Shown piece by piece: positions 51,313 to 62,312 of a stretch of DNA of 64,000 nucleotides (the first letter of the stretch is position 1; the number at the start of each line of letters is the position of its first letter). The DNA comes from Verrucomicrobiia bacterium (GTDB lineage: Bacteria > Verrucomicrobiota > Verrucomicrobiia > Palsa-1439): positions 885-64,884 of the forward strand of contig JBKQMH010000175.1 of the NCBI GenBank assembly GCA_052146795.1. The letters run 5' to 3'. Position numbers and translations under genes: made by a program. The notes under the pieces were generated by a model, which searched no databases, was not told where the DNA came from, and saw only the letters and a list, made by a program, of their open reading frames with translations.

Positions 51313-52104
51313 ATGAGCGCCCTATTTCGTCCCCACCATAAATTCGTCATTGGCGTCGTTCACCTGAAACCTCTCCCCGGCTCCCCCAACTGGGGTGGCA
51401 ACCTGCGGGCCGTCATCGACTTTGCCCTCGCGGACGCCCGGGCCTACGAGCATGGCGGCGTTGACGCGATCATCATCGAAAACTTCGGCGACGCGCCGTT
51501 CACCAAGTCCCGTGTCGGGCCTGAGACCGTCGCCGCCATGTCCGCCGCAGGCACGGCGGTGCGCGCCGCAATCAAACTGCCGCTGGGATTCAACGTTCTG
51601 CGCAACGACCCGCAAACCGCGTTGGCGCTGTGCGCCGCGTGTCGCGGGGGCTTCATGCGGGTGAACGTCCATACCGGCGCCATGCTGACCGATCAGGGCA
51701 TCATTGAAGGCGACGCTTACGGAACTGTCCGTTACCGCGAACGAATTTGCCCGACCGCGTCCATTTTTGCCGATGTCCACGTGAAGCACGCGGTCCCGCT
51801 CGGTAATTTTGAAATCGAAGACTCGGCGCATGATACGTTGGATCGCGGGCTGGCCGATGCGCTGATTATTTCGGGCACGGGCACGGGCCGGGTTGCGGAC
51901 ATCACGGACGTGCAGCGCGTGCGCAAGGCGTGTCCGTCAGCAAAGATCCTCATCGGCAGCGGTATCAATGTCGACAACGTCCGCGAATTCCTCCGCTTTG
52001 CCGATGGCGTGATTGTGGGCACGTCGCTCAAGGTCGGCGGCAAATTATTCAGTGCGGTCGATCCCAGGCGCGTGGCCGCGCTCGTCAAAGCCGCCCGCGC
52101 GTGA
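51313..52104 (+). CDS. btpA: BtpA/SgcQ-family TIM-barrel protein
   Basis: 263 aa. VIGVVHLKPLPGSPNWGGNL...DAIIIENFGD pattern typical of the BtpA family. Confidence 0.6.
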   Translation: MSALFRPHHKFVIGVVHLKPLPGSPNWGGNLRAVIDFALADARAYEHGGVDAIIIENFGDAPFTKSRVGPETVAAMSAAGTAVRAAIKLPLGFNVLRNDPQTALALCAACRGGFMRVNVHTGAMLTDQGIIEGDAYGTVRYRERICPTASIFADVHVKHAVPLGNFEIEDSAHDTLDRGLADALIISGTGTGRVADITDVQRVRKACPSAKILIGSGINVDNVREFLRFADGVIVGTSLKVGGKLFSAVDPRRVAALVKAARA

Positions 52105-52856
52105 ACACGATTCGATTGAGCCGCGATTGGCCGGCGGTTGAAATCCTCCACGAAGACGCGGCCATTCTGGCGTTGAACAAACCGGCCGGCTTGCTCGCCG
52201 TCCCGGATCGCTTCGACAAGACCATCCCCGACCTGATCTCGCTGCTCCAGGCGGCGCGTCCGGGTGAATGGCTGGCGAACGTCCATCGCCTTGATTTCAA
52301 CACCACCGGCGTGTTCGTTGTGGCAAAGACCCAGGAAGTCTTTCGCGATCTGGTCCGCCAATTCCGCGACCGTGAGACACGAAAGACATACACGGCGCTG
52401 GTCCGGGGCACACCCGACATTTCACCGTTGACGATTGACCTTCCCATTGGGCGACATCCCAAGGTTCCCGGGCTGGCCAGAATCGATCACAGCCGCGGCA
52501 GCGACGCGCGGAGTATCGTCCACGTTCGGGAGAGATTCCGCGGGTATGCGTTGCTCGAGGTCGTCATCGAAACCGGTCGGATGCATCAGATTCGCGTCCA
52601 TGTGCAAGCCGTCGGTTGCCCGCTTGTCGGTGATCCCGATTACGGTGGCGCGCCGCTGCTGCTCTCGCAGATCAAGCCTGACTACAAGGCGAAGGATGAG
52701 GAACCGGAACGTCCGTTGCTGGATCGCCCGGCATTGCACGCCGAGAAATTGACGCTTGCCCGGGCCGTGACGGGCAAGAGTCTCACCCTCGAAGCCCCAT
52801 GGCCGAAGGATTTGACCGTGGCGTTGAAGCAACTGCGAAAGTACGCCGCGCTTTAG
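52101..52856 (+). CDS. rluA: RluA-family pseudouridine synthase
   Basis: GTG start overlapping btpA stop (GTGA). HRLDFNTTGV catalytic Asp motif. Confidence 0.8.
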   Translation: MNTIRLSRDWPAVEILHEDAAILALNKPAGLLAVPDRFDKTIPDLISLLQAARPGEWLANVHRLDFNTTGVFVVAKTQEVFRDLVRQFRDRETRKTYTALVRGTPDISPLTIDLPIGRHPKVPGLARIDHSRGSDARSIVHVRERFRGYALLEVVIETGRMHQIRVHVQAVGCPLVGDPDYGGAPLLLSQIKPDYKAKDEEPERPLLDRPALHAEKLTLARAVTGKSLTLEAPWPKDLTVALKQLRKYAAL

Positions 52857-52965
52857 CGCGGTCGCGATACACGTCATGGCCCGCCCGTGCGAGTTGGGTC
52901 CACACCGCGGCGTTCGCGTCCCACATCCGCCCGACGTCACGATCATCCATGTGCGATTTCCAGCG

Positions 52966-54519
52966 CTACAGCGTCGGTTTTTCGGTCTCGGCGGTTTGGC
53001 GTTGCTCGTAGAGGTAGCGGTTGAGTGCGTTCAAGTAGGCGAGGGCGCTGGCTTCGATGATGTCCGTCGAGGAGCCTTTGCCGGTGACAATGCGGCCCGC
53101 GTCGCCATTAAAATGGACGCGGACGGTGACTTCGCCGATGGCGTCTTTGCCGCGCGTGACGCTGTTGACGCTGTAATCCGCGAGGCTGCCCTTGAGACCC
53201 GTGATGCGGTCGATGGTCTTGAGCATCGCGTCGATCGGACCGTCGCCGGTGCCGGCGTCGGAAATCGGCTCTTTCTTGTCGGCGCGGATGAGGCGCACAG
53301 AGGCGGTCGGGATTTCGCCCGTGGTCACGCTGAGGTAGCCCAATTTCCACACCTGCGGCACCTCGGTGAACTGGCCTTCGACGAGTGCCATCACATCCTC
53401 GTCGTACACCTGCTTCTTCTTGTCGGCGAGCGCCTTGATCTGGTCGGTGATACGGCGAACTTCGTCCTCGCTGAGTTTGTAGCCCATTTCGTCGAGCTTC
53501 TTGCCGACGGCGTGGTGCCCCATGTGTTTGCCCCAGGTGAGCTCGCTCGACCGGCCCACGTCCTCGGCGCTCATGATTTCGTACGTCGCGCGATTGGCCA
53601 TCATGCCGTGCTGGTGAATACCGGCTTCGTGCGCGAACGCGTTGTCGCCGACGATGGCCTTGTTGCGTTGCACCACCATGCCCGTCATGTGCGACACGAG
53701 GCGGCTGCTGCGGTAGATCTGCGTGCTATCGACGTTCGTTTGAAACCCTCCAAACGCATCCTTGCGGACCTTGAGGGCCATGACGATTTCTTCGAGCGAG
53801 GCGTTGCCGGCGCGTTCGCCGATGCCGTTGATCGTGCATTCGACCTGGCGGGCGCCGTTCTGGACGGCAACCAACGAATTCGCCACGGCGAGCCCGAGAT
53901 CATTGTGACAATGGACGCTGATGACGGCGTTTTTGATGTTCGGGACGTGGTCGAAGAGATATTTGATGAGCGCGCCGTATTCGTGAGGCGCGGCGTAGCC
54001 GACCGTGTCGGGGATGTTGACCGTTCTCGCGCCGGCTTCGATGACGGCCTGCGTCACCTCGGCCAAGAACTCGGGTTCCGTGCGCGAGGCATCCTCGGGC
54101 GAGAACTCGACGTCTTTACAATAACCGAGAGCGCGTTGGACGCCTTCGACGCTGCGCTTGAGGATCTCGCTCTGGGCCATCTTGAGTTTGAACTCGCGAT
54201 GGATAGCGCTGGTGGCGAGGAATACGTGAATGCGCGCGCGGTCGCCCGCGGGTTTCACGGCTTCGGCGGCGCGGTCGATGTCTTTATCGACGCAACGGGC
54301 CAAGCCGGCGATGCGCGGGCCTTGGATCTCACCGGCAATGGACTTTACGGCCTCGAAATCGCCGTCACTGGCGATGGGGAAGCCCGCCTCGATGATGTCC
54401 ACGCGCAACCGCGCCAATTGTCGCGCGACCTCGAGTTTCTCGCGAATGTGCATGGATGCGCCCGGGCATTGCTCGCCGTCGCGCAACGTCGTGTCGAATA
54501 TCAATATTTGCTCACTCAT
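52966..54519 (-). CDS. leuA: 2-isopropylmalate synthase
   Basis: 517 aa. [13 protein letters not shown]-terminus, HxH metal site, C-terminal LeuA dimerisation/regulatory domain. Confidence 0.93.
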   Translation of the reverse strand: MSEQILIFDTTLRDGEQCPGASMHIREKLEVARQLARLRVDIIEAGFPIASDGDFEAVKSIAGEIQGPRIAGLARCVDKDIDRAAEAVKPAGDRARIHVFLATSAIHREFKLKMAQSEILKRSVEGVQRALGYCKDVEFSPEDASRTEPEFLAEVTQAVIEAGARTVNIPDTVGYAAPHEYGALIKYLFDHVPNIKNAVISVHCHNDLGLAVANSLVAVQNGARQVECTINGIGERAGNASLEEIVMALKVRKDAFGGFQTNVDSTQIYRSSRLVSHMTGMVVQRNKAIVGDNAFAHEAGIHQHGMMANRATYEIMSAEDVGRSSELTWGKHMGHHAVGKKLDEMGYKLSEDEVRRITDQIKALADKKKQVYDEDVMALVEGQFTEVPQVWKLGYLSVTTGEIPTASVRLIRADKKEPISDAGTGDGPIDAMLKTIDRITGLKGSLADYSVNSVTRGKDAIGEVTVRVHFNGDAGRIVTGKGSSTDIIEASALAYLNALNRYLYEQRQTAETEKPTL

Positions 54520-54740
54520 GGCCTGATCCTTTCGATTCTAGCCGTGGACAGGGGGCAAACAACAAAAAACCCACTGCCGCGCGGCGACAGTGGGTTTCGA
54601 TTTCCTGTGTACAGACCTCAACCCGCCGTCTGCCGCGTGAGCAGCAGCGCCAGCAAAGCCAGCAGCAGGTTGAAATTACGATTCATCACAACTCTATACG
54701 TAGCAGGTCGCGGGCCATTCGTCAAGCCCGGCGTACTCGC

Positions 54741-54998
54741 CTATTTCTTGACCGCCAGCGCGAAGCCTATCGCAAGCACGCCGACGGGGACAACGATGGC
54801 GAACATCACTTCATCCTTCATCCAATCGCCAAAAAACGACTTGTCCATAAACGGATTGGAGACGGTGGCGCTCTCGTGTTGGCCGAACGGATTGCTCACG
54901 GTCGTGCTGTTCTTGTTGGCATAGTCGTACCGCGCGTAGGCGAAGCTGATGATCGCCAGCACGATCGCCACGGCGAGGACATTGATTCGTTTGCGCAT
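54741..54998 (-). CDS. Hypothetical small membrane protein (2 TM)
   Basis: 85 aa with two hydrophobic helices, between ilvC and leuA. Confidence 0.4.
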   Translation of the reverse strand: MRKRINVLAVAIVLAIISFAYARYDYANKNSTTVSNPFGQHESATVSNPFMDKSFFGDWMKDEVMFAIVVPVGVLAIGFALAVKK

Positions 54999-55083
54999 GT
55001 TGACCTCCTAGTAACCAGCTTGCACGCTACTCGATTTGCGTTTGAGCGAATTCGCCACTCTGAATTTTTTGATTCTTCTTCGA

Positions 55084-56181
55084 TCAACCACCGCGACCGA
55101 CAAGGCCTTTGGTCCCGCGGGAAATCGCCCGGGCTTTCTCCGTCGGACGCAACGCGCGGACAGCCGCACCGGCCTGCCACATTTCGGAATTGCGCATGGC
55201 GGCGAGTTCCCGGGCGACGCGTTGCGGATAGTTCTTCGCGCCGCACACTTTGATCACGCGCTCGGCCTCTTTGCCGGACGACACGCGCCCATAAAGTTTC
55301 TTGAAGACCGGCAGGACGGCCGATTTAAACTTCGGCTTCCAATCGAGCGCGCCGCGTTGGGCCGTGGCGGAGCAGTTGGAATACATCCAGTCCATGCCCC
55401 TTTCATCCACGAGGCGGATAAGGCTTTGGGTGAGTTCTTCAACGGTCTCGTTGAATGCTTCACTCGGGGAATGGCGGTGGGCGCGCAGGACGTCGTACTG
55501 CGCTTCCATGATGGCCGCCAGGCACCCCATCAATACGCCGCGCTCGCCCGTCAGATCGCTGTTGGTTTCGTGCGGGAACGTGGTAGGGAACAGGTAGCCC
55601 GACCCAATGGCGATCCCGACGGCCAGGCAACGCTCCTTGGCGTGACCGGTCGCGTCCTGATGAACGGCGAAACTGGAATTGATACCGGCGCCGGACAGGA
55701 AATTGCGGCGCACGTTCAGGCCGGACCCTTTGGGAGCGACCATAATCACATCGACATTCCTGGGGGGAACGACGCCGCTCTTCTTGCGGTAGGTGATCGA
55801 GAAGCCGTGCGAGAAGTACAAGGCATCGCCCGGTTTGAGGTGCTTCTTGATTGTCGGCCAAACCGCGCGTTGGGCCGCGTCGGAAACGAGTACTTGAATG
55901 ATGGTGCCCTTCTTGACGGCGGTTTCGATGTCGAACAGGTTTTTGCCGGGCACCCAGCCGTCGGCAACCGCGCGATCCCAGTCACGCTTGAACTCGCGCG
56001 CCTGGCCGACGATCACGTTGAATCCGTTATCTTTCATGTTCAACCCCTGGGCCGGGCCCTGGACGCCGTAGCCGATGACAGCGATGACCTCGTTCTTGAG
56101 GACGCTGCGGGCTTTGGCCAGGGTGAATTCCTTGCGCGTGACAACGTGTTCTCTTACGCCGCCAAAATCAATAATTGCCAT
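55084..56181 (-). CDS. ilvC: Ketol-acid reductoisomerase
   Basis: 365 aa. NADP site IGYGVQG. Full KARI similarity. Confidence 0.93.
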   Translation of the reverse strand: MAIIDFGGVREHVVTRKEFTLAKARSVLKNEVIAVIGYGVQGPAQGLNMKDNGFNVIVGQAREFKRDWDRAVADGWVPGKNLFDIETAVKKGTIIQVLVSDAAQRAVWPTIKKHLKPGDALYFSHGFSITYRKKSGVVPPRNVDVIMVAPKGSGLNVRRNFLSGAGINSSFAVHQDATGHAKERCLAVGIAIGSGYLFPTTFPHETNSDLTGERGVLMGCLAAIMEAQYDVLRAHRHSPSEAFNETVEELTQSLIRLVDERGMDWMYSNCSATAQRGALDWKPKFKSAVLPVFKKLYGRVSSGKEAERVIKVCGAKNYPQRVARELAAMRNSEMWQAGAAVRALRPTEKARAISRGTKGLVGRGG

Positions 56182-56258
56182 GATTCATGTTCTCCATTGC
56201 TGATTTTCTGTGCTGAGATCCTTCATTCGTCAAGCGGGTTCCGGGTAGCCACGCCGGG

Positions 56259-56732
56259 TTACTTGCGCGGCATCGCGACTTTACCGGTCCGTGTGATGTC
56301 GCGGACGCCAAACGGTTCCATCAACCCCAGAAACGCGCTGATTTTCGATTCGTCGCCGGTGATCTCGATGGTCAACGCCTTGTGGGCGACATCGACGATC
56401 TTCGCGCGGAAAATATCGCAAATCTGCATGATCTCGGGGCGCGTCTTGTTGTCGGCGCCGACCTTGATAAGCACGAGTTCGCGGTCAACGTACTCGCCTT
56501 CCTTGAAATCCTGCACCTTGATGATGTCGACGAGCTTGTTGAGCTGCTTGGTGACCTGCTCGAGGACGGTGTCGTCGCCTTTGACCACGATGGTCATGCG
56601 GGACTGGGTCGGGTCCTGCGTCGGGGCGACGTTGAGTGTGTCGATGTTGAACCCGCGGCCGCTGAACAGCCCCGAGATGCGGGTCAACACGCCGAATTTA
56701 TTCTCGACCAAAACTGACAGGGTATGCCTCAT
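56259..56732 (-). CDS. ilvN: Acetolactate synthase small (regulatory) subunit
   Basis: 157 aa. ACT domain (HTLSVLVENKFGVLTRISGLFSGRGFNI). Confidence 0.9.
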   Translation of the reverse strand: MRHTLSVLVENKFGVLTRISGLFSGRGFNIDTLNVAPTQDPTQSRMTIVVKGDDTVLEQVTKQLNKLVDIIKVQDFKEGEYVDRELVLIKVGADNKTRPEIMQICDIFRAKIVDVAHKALTIEITGDESKISAFLGLMEPFGVRDITRTGKVAMPRK

Positions 56733-56925
56733 AGAGCGCTCCGCTTATACGGCAATCCGTGCCGTCAATCAACCCCCATTTCCGGTGCCACGGCGCAAGG
56801 TGGCTCACGATGTGCTTTATCGAAAGGAACTCGTGATTTCGCAAGCAGCGGGCGGATCGGCCGCCAAACGCCACGAAGGACCCCCCCTTCTGGCCGTACC
56901 TCGCGAAGCAGCGATGGAACGGCTC

Positions 56926-57414
56926 ATGAATGAGATAGCAGTTTCAGTTTCGAGACAATTCGACCCTCCACGATTGCGTCTTCCCGTCCTCCGCGGCAAC
57001 CGTCGGTCGATTCTCTTGTGCGGGTTGTGCGCCGGGGCGGTTCTGCTCGCGGTCCCAACGGGACGCAATGCCGATCAAGTGCCCGCCCCGGCGCCGGCAC
57101 GCGTCGTACGGGCGCTCGGCGCGCCAGACGGCGACGGATCGCCGTTCTCGCCATCGGAGATCACCCGGGAGGCGGCGGCCCGGAGCGCGATGATGCGATC
57201 GAAAACGGACTCGGCGGGAGTTCGAAATCGATTCGAGCCGGAGACGGCGGGTGACGGTCGACGGCAGGTGGCCGTGGTCTGCGACCCGGTGCGTCGGGGC
57301 TTTGACGGTCCGATGTGGAGATTTCTCCTGAACGAGCCCGTACGGCCCGACATCGACCTCGCGCATAACCAGACGTACTTTGGCGTCACGGTGACTCTGC
57401 CCTTCGGGGGCTGA
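56926..57414 (+). CDS. Hypothetical secreted/membrane-anchored protein
   Basis: Terminal part of the long ORF 55036..57414, which is otherwise antisense to ilvC/ilvN. From MNEIAV, a hydrophobic segment SILLCGLCAGAVLLAV follows. Divergent from ilvN. Confidence 0.35.
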   Translation: MNEIAVSVSRQFDPPRLRLPVLRGNRRSILLCGLCAGAVLLAVPTGRNADQVPAPAPARVVRALGAPDGDGSPFSPSEITREAAARSAMMRSKTDSAGVRNRFEPETAGDGRRQVAVVCDPVRRGFDGPMWRFLLNEPVRPDIDLAHNQTYFGVTVTLPFGG

Positions 57415-57467
57415 GCGGCGGGTAAATCAGGTCTTGTTAATAGCGCCGGTGGCCCTTACCATACCTT

Positions 57468-58691
57468 ATGCCTTTCAAACAACTTGGACTTTCTGAGGAA
57501 GTACTTCGCGGCGTGCAGGCGGCGGGATATACCGAGCCGACGCCGATCCAACTACGCGCCATCCCGCTCATCCTCGCCGGCAAAGACGTCATCGGTTCGG
57601 CGCAAACCGGCACCGGCAAGACCGCGGCGTTTGCGCTGCCGATTCTCACCCTCCTGAAAACGCACGGCAAATGCCGTTGCCTGGTGCTGGGACCGACCCG
57701 CGAACTGGCGGCGCAGGTGGAGACCGCCTTCCGTGATTACGGGCGGTTCACCAACTTGAAAACCGTTGTCATATTTGGCGGCGTCGGTTACGGCGATCAG
57801 AAGCAGGGATTGCATCAGGGCGTGGACACGATCGTCGCGACGCCTGGTCGGCTGTTGGATTTGATGGGGCAAGGGTTGGTGAAGTTGCAGGACGTGAACC
57901 TGCTCGTGCTCGACGAGGTGGACCGAATGCTGGACATGGGATTCCTGCCCGACGTGCGGCGGATCGTCGACCGCTGCCCGAAGAACCGGCAGACGTTCCT
58001 GTTTTCCGCGACGATCCCGCCCGAGATCGAACGGCTGGCGGCGTGGGTACTGCGGCAACCCGAAAAAATTGAAATCGGCATCAGCCGTTCGCCCGCCGAC
58101 ACCGTGACGCACGCGTGTTACCCGGTCGCGACCAGCCAGAAGTTCCAGTTGCTCGCGGCGTTGCTGCAGCGGACCAATTTCGACAGCGTGCTGATCTTCT
58201 CGCGCACCAAACACGGCGCCGACAAGATCGCGACACGATTGCGGGCCGAGCGGCACTCCGTGGCGGCGTTGCACTCGAACCGCACGCAACGCGAGCGCGT
58301 TGAGGCTCTGGATGGTTTCAAGTCGGGCAAATACGAAGTGATGGTGGCGACGGATATCGCTGCACGCGGGCTGGACGTGGAAGGCGTCACGCACGTGATC
58401 AATTACGACGTGCCGCAGCATCCCGAGGATTACGTGCATCGGATTGGCCGCACGGGCCGCGCGCAGAAGGTGGGTGACGCGTTCACGCTCGTGACGGTCG
58501 AGGAACTCGAGTATCTGCGGGCCATCGAACGGTTCATTGGCCAGAAAATTCCCCAGCTCAAGCTGGACAATTTCACTTACGTTCTAACCCCGATGTTTGA
58601 AGGGAAGCAAATCTCCGGGGACCGCCGCAGCGTCCGCGCCGTCCGGACGATGAAGGGCTACTCGTTCAGTCCGAGCCGGCGGAGACGGTAG
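57468..58691 (+). CDS. rhlE: DEAD-box ATP-dependent RNA helicase (RhlE-like)
   Basis: 407 aa. Q-motif, AQTGTGKT, DEVD, SAT, HRIGRTGR motifs. Confidence 0.9.
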   Translation: MPFKQLGLSEEVLRGVQAAGYTEPTPIQLRAIPLILAGKDVIGSAQTGTGKTAAFALPILTLLKTHGKCRCLVLGPTRELAAQVETAFRDYGRFTNLKTVVIFGGVGYGDQKQGLHQGVDTIVATPGRLLDLMGQGLVKLQDVNLLVLDEVDRMLDMGFLPDVRRIVDRCPKNRQTFLFSATIPPEIERLAAWVLRQPEKIEIGISRSPADTVTHACYPVATSQKFQLLAALLQRTNFDSVLIFSRTKHGADKIATRLRAERHSVAALHSNRTQRERVEALDGFKSGKYEVMVATDIAARGLDVEGVTHVINYDVPQHPEDYVHRIGRTGRAQKVGDAFTLVTVEELEYLRAIERFIGQKIPQLKLDNFTYVLTPMFEGKQISGDRRSVRAVRTMKGYSFSPSRRRR

Positions 58692-58770
58692 GGCCTGGTC
58701 GCTCGCCCTCAAGGTCAACCCCGATTCGGCGGTCGTAGACCGCGGCGACATGGTTTGGTATAGTCGCGGC

Positions 58771-59556
58771 ATGTCGATACATCCGACAGCCATTATCAGT
58801 CCGAAGGCGGAATTGGATTCGTCCGTCGAGGTGGGGCCGAACGTGATCATCGAAGAGCACGTGAAGGTCGGCGCGGGGACGCGGATCTGGGCGAATGCGT
58901 ATCTGACGGGCCACACGGAGATCGGGCACGACAACGAAATCCACATGGGCGCGGTGATCGGGCATGAACCGCAGGACCTGAAGTTTGACCGGTCGCGGCG
59001 GACCTACCTGCGCATCGGCGACCGCAATGTGTTTCGCGAATACTGCAACATCCACCGCGGGACGGAACCGGAATCGGCGACCGTCATCGGTAACGGGTGT
59101 TACATCATGGCCACGGCGCATGTCGGCCACAACTGCGTGATCGGCGACCACGTGATTATCTGCAATTGCGCGCTGGTGGCGGGCCACGTGCACGTGGGCG
59201 ACCGCGCGTTCATTTCGGGCGGCGTGGTGATCCACCAATTCACGCACGTGGGACGATTGGCGATGTTTTCCGGGAATGCGCGGGTGTCGATGGACGTGCC
59301 GCCGTTCACGCTGGCGGCGGAGCGCAACGAGATCCACGCGCTGAACCTGGTCGGCCTGCGGCGAGCGAAGATTTCCCGGGAAGCGCTCGCCGAATTGAAA
59401 AAGCTCTATCAGATGTTTTATCTCTCGGGGATGAACGGCACGCAGGCGTTGACGGAAGCGACACGGGACGGGGCGTTCACCACGCTCGAAGCGCGGGAGT
59501 TCATCGAATTCGTGCGGAACTCGCCGAATGGGATTTGTCCCCCGGCGCGGGCGTGA
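58771..59556 (+). CDS. lpxA: Acyl-ACP--UDP-N-acetylglucosamine O-acyltransferase
   Basis: Start MSIHPTAIISPKAEL. Left-handed beta-helix hexapeptide repeats and LpxA C-terminal helical domain. Confidence 0.88.
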   Translation: MSIHPTAIISPKAELDSSVEVGPNVIIEEHVKVGAGTRIWANAYLTGHTEIGHDNEIHMGAVIGHEPQDLKFDRSRRTYLRIGDRNVFREYCNIHRGTEPESATVIGNGCYIMATAHVGHNCVIGDHVIICNCALVAGHVHVGDRAFISGGVVIHQFTHVGRLAMFSGNARVSMDVPPFTLAAERNEIHALNLVGLRRAKISREALAELKKLYQMFYLSGMNGTQALTEATRDGAFTTLEAREFIEFVRNSPNGICPPARA

Positions 59557-59750
59557 GCGGTGTTACGTCGTAGCTGACGGGCACGTGGGTCGAGTTCGGT
59601 ATCTGAGGGGGTGGCGGTGCTCGATCGGTCGAACCCTCGTCCGCTCCACTGCACCCCCGTTAGTTTGGTGTGCCGGGCATACAGGTGAAACTTTGCGATG
59701 CAGCTCCCGTTTCGTAACAGACAGGAATTTCTGGTTGTGATAACAACCGA

Positions 59751-62312
59751 TTGTTACAATTCCAACGTATGACACTACGGAGTGGGATTCGTGTACTTAT
59801 CGTGCTTGTCACGTTCGCGGTCGTCTTTATCGCATTGGATGTCGCCAGCTTCACGCGAACATCAGCCACATGGGACGAACCGCCACACCTCACAGCCGGT
59901 TATCTGGCGTTGAAGACCGGCGACTGCCGGCTCGACCCCGAACATCCACCGTTCATCCGCTTGTGGGCTGCGTTGCCGCTGCTCGCGCGGCATATCCCCG
60001 AGCTGAACGCTCACATTATCGATGGGATTAATCCGCTCGAGTGGGTTGCCAGTGAGCAATTCCAGTACGCGCATGTGTTTCTTTACAAGACGAACGATGC
60101 CGACACCCTGCTCTACACCTCTCGATTTATGATCGTACTGTTGGGGGTTCTGTTGGGGATTCTGCTATTTTTCTGGGTACTGGAGTGGCTCGGCTTTTTC
60201 TGGGCGGTCATTGCGTTGGGATGCTACACAATCGAGCCCAATATTCTTGCCCATTCATCATTGGTGACCACGGATTTTGGCATCGCGTGTTTTCTTTTTG
60301 GTAGCGTGTACTTTCTATGGCGCACCACTCGTTGCTTGGGCATCGGAAATCTTGTTGGTTTCGCAGCGTTTTCTGCACTCTCGGTTGTGAGCAAGTTCGC
60401 TGCCGTCTTATTGGGGCCAATCGTTGTGTTGCTCTTGGCGGTTCGCGTCGGTCGAAGTACGCCGTGGGCATGCCGAATCGGCCAGCTCCGGGAAATCCGT
60501 ACGCGTCTTGGCAGAACAGCCGCGGCTGTAGCTGCCCTGTTCCTTGTTGGGTTCACTTGCTGGGGCGTAATTTGGGCAACGTATGGTTTCCGCTATTTGC
60601 CGAGTTCAACACCGGGGTGGCGTTACGATTTTGAAGAGGACGCTGTCTTGCGTGCATTTGGAAAGGATGCTTCCGATGCACGCCCGTTGAGAATTGAAGG
60701 CATGGTACGGTGGATTGATGCACACCATCTGTTGCCAAACGCGTATTCGGAAGGGTTTCTGCTGGGTCAGATTAAGGCGGGGAGCCACGCCAGTTATATC
60801 GCGGGCAAGATCAGTCGGCATGGTTGTTGGTATTATTTTCCTGTCGCATTTCTGATCAAAACCCCCACTTCGTTGGTTGTGCTTTCTCTTGGAGGGCTAC
60901 TCGTCTGTGCCATGCGACAGAAGGAGTTTTTGCCTAACAGCCTCTTTGTGTTTCTGCCGGTGTGCATTTGTTTGGCCGCGGCAATGTCCTTTAACCTCAA
61001 CATCGGGTTGCGTCATGTCCTCACGATCTATCCGTTCACAATCATGCTGGCCACCCTGTGCGCCGCTGAGTTCATCCGCACCCAGCAAAAGATGGCCATC
61101 GTGGTGCTGAGCGTGTTGTACATATTCTGGCTCTTTGAGTTTGCCCGTGCATACCCACACAACCTCGCGTTCTTCAACCAATTCGTCGGCGGGCCGAGGA
61201 ATGGAGATAAATACCTCGTTGACTCCAATATCGATTGGGGACAGGAGTTGAAAGGCTTGAAACGCTGGATGGACGAGCACAACGTGCGCCACATCAATTT
61301 GAGTTACTTCGGTACGGCTGACCCGGCGTATTACAACATGGACTGTACGTATCTGCCCGGCAGTCCTTCCTTTGACGCGACACTTGTGACAGACCCGGTC
61401 TTGCCGGGCTACGTGGCTGTGAGTGTCACCAACCTGCGTGTTCTCTTTTCGCAAGAAAAGCGTGAGCTTTTCAAGCCGCTGCTGGACATGAAGCCCGCCG
61501 CGGTAATTGGCTACTCGATCCGGGTTTATTGGGTTGAACCAGGGCGATTGAACCCGGCTCTTTGGTCCACCCTGAGGGCTCGGGCCCATTGCAATTTGGC
61601 AAATGCGCTTCTGGGACAAGGCAAGACGACGGAGGCAGTCGCGCAGTACCAAGAGGCGCTGCGGATCAATCCCAACTTTGTGGATGCGCATTTCGATCTG
61701 GGGAACGCTCTGCGTCAAGCCGGCGAGTTTGAAGAAGCGGTTCGGCAATACCAGCAGGTGCTGGAAATTGACCCCGAGTACGCCGAAGCGTACGGCAATT
61801 GGGGATATGCTCTGGCTCGACTGGGCAGGATGTCGGAGGCAATTGGGCAGTATGAGAAGGCGCTCAAGATCAACCCCAAGATTGCCGAAGTCCACTACAA
61901 TTTTGCAAATGCTCTGGTTCGTGTGCGCAAGGTGCAGGAGGCAATTGGACAGTACGATCAGGCCCTGCGGATAAAGCCTGATTTGGTCGAGGCACAAAAC
62001 AATCTGGCGTGGCTGCTCGCGACACTCCCGCCAGCGGAAGGTGGCGACCCCGTGCGGGCGGTGGGGTTAGCGCAGCAAGCGTGCGGGCTTTCCGGTAATC
62101 GTGTCCCGGGTGATCTTGACACATTGGCCGTCGCGTATGCCGCCGCCGGTCGATTCGATGCCGCCGTCGCTACGGCTCAAAAGGCCATCGATCTGGCACG
62201 CTCTGCCGGGCAAGCCAAGTTGGTGGAAGAAATCGAGGCCCGGCTAGAGTTGTATCGCAGTAAACGTGCTTTCCGTCCGTCCACGGGAACGGTGAGTCCA
62301 GGCAACCCCTAA
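59751..62312 (+). CDS. Membrane glycosyltransferase-like protein (GT39/ArnT/PMT-like multi-TM N-domain) with C-terminal TPR repeats
   Basis: 853 aa. About 11 TM helices in first about 430 aa including DEPPH-like loop (WDEPPHLTAGY). C-terminal half has about 6 TPR units (AHCNLANALLGQGKTTEAVAQYQEALRINPN...). Confidence 0.7.
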   Translation: MLQFQRMTLRSGIRVLIVLVTFAVVFIALDVASFTRTSATWDEPPHLTAGYLALKTGDCRLDPEHPPFIRLWAALPLLARHIPELNAHIIDGINPLEWVASEQFQYAHVFLYKTNDADTLLYTSRFMIVLLGVLLGILLFFWVLEWLGFFWAVIALGCYTIEPNILAHSSLVTTDFGIACFLFGSVYFLWRTTRCLGIGNLVGFAAFSALSVVSKFAAVLLGPIVVLLLAVRVGRSTPWACRIGQLREIRTRLGRTAAAVAALFLVGFTCWGVIWATYGFRYLPSSTPGWRYDFEEDAVLRAFGKDASDARPLRIEGMVRWIDAHHLLPNAYSEGFLLGQIKAGSHASYIAGKISRHGCWYYFPVAFLIKTPTSLVVLSLGGLLVCAMRQKEFLPNSLFVFLPVCICLAAAMSFNLNIGLRHVLTIYPFTIMLATLCAAEFIRTQQKMAIVVLSVLYIFWLFEFARAYPHNLAFFNQFVGGPRNGDKYLVDSNIDWGQELKGLKRWMDEHNVRHINLSYFGTADPAYYNMDCTYLPGSPSFDATLVTDPVLPGYVAVSVTNLRVLFSQEKRELFKPLLDMKPAAVIGYSIRVYWVEPGRLNPALWSTLRARAHCNLANALLGQGKTTEAVAQYQEALRINPNFVDAHFDLGNALRQAGEFEEAVRQYQQVLEIDPEYAEAYGNWGYALARLGRMSEAIGQYEKALKINPKIAEVHYNFANALVRVRKVQEAIGQYDQALRIKPDLVEAQNNLAWLLATLPPAEGGDPVRAVGLAQQACGLSGNRVPGDLDTLAVAYAAAGRFDAAVATAQKAIDLARSAGQAKLVEEIEARLELYRSKRAFRPSTGTVSPGNP

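Noticed and set aside
52876-54924. 682-aa plus-strand ORF
   Set aside because: Antisense to leuA, which has unambiguous full-length similarity. Shadow ORF.
55036-56925. Bulk of the 792-aa plus-strand ORF
   Set aside because: Antisense to ilvC and ilvN. Only its last about 160 codons (56926-57414) beyond ilvN are kept as a tentative gene.
60897-61997. 366-aa minus-strand ORF
   Set aside because: Antisense to the TPR region of the GT39-like gene, whose TPR repeats are well formed on the plus strand.
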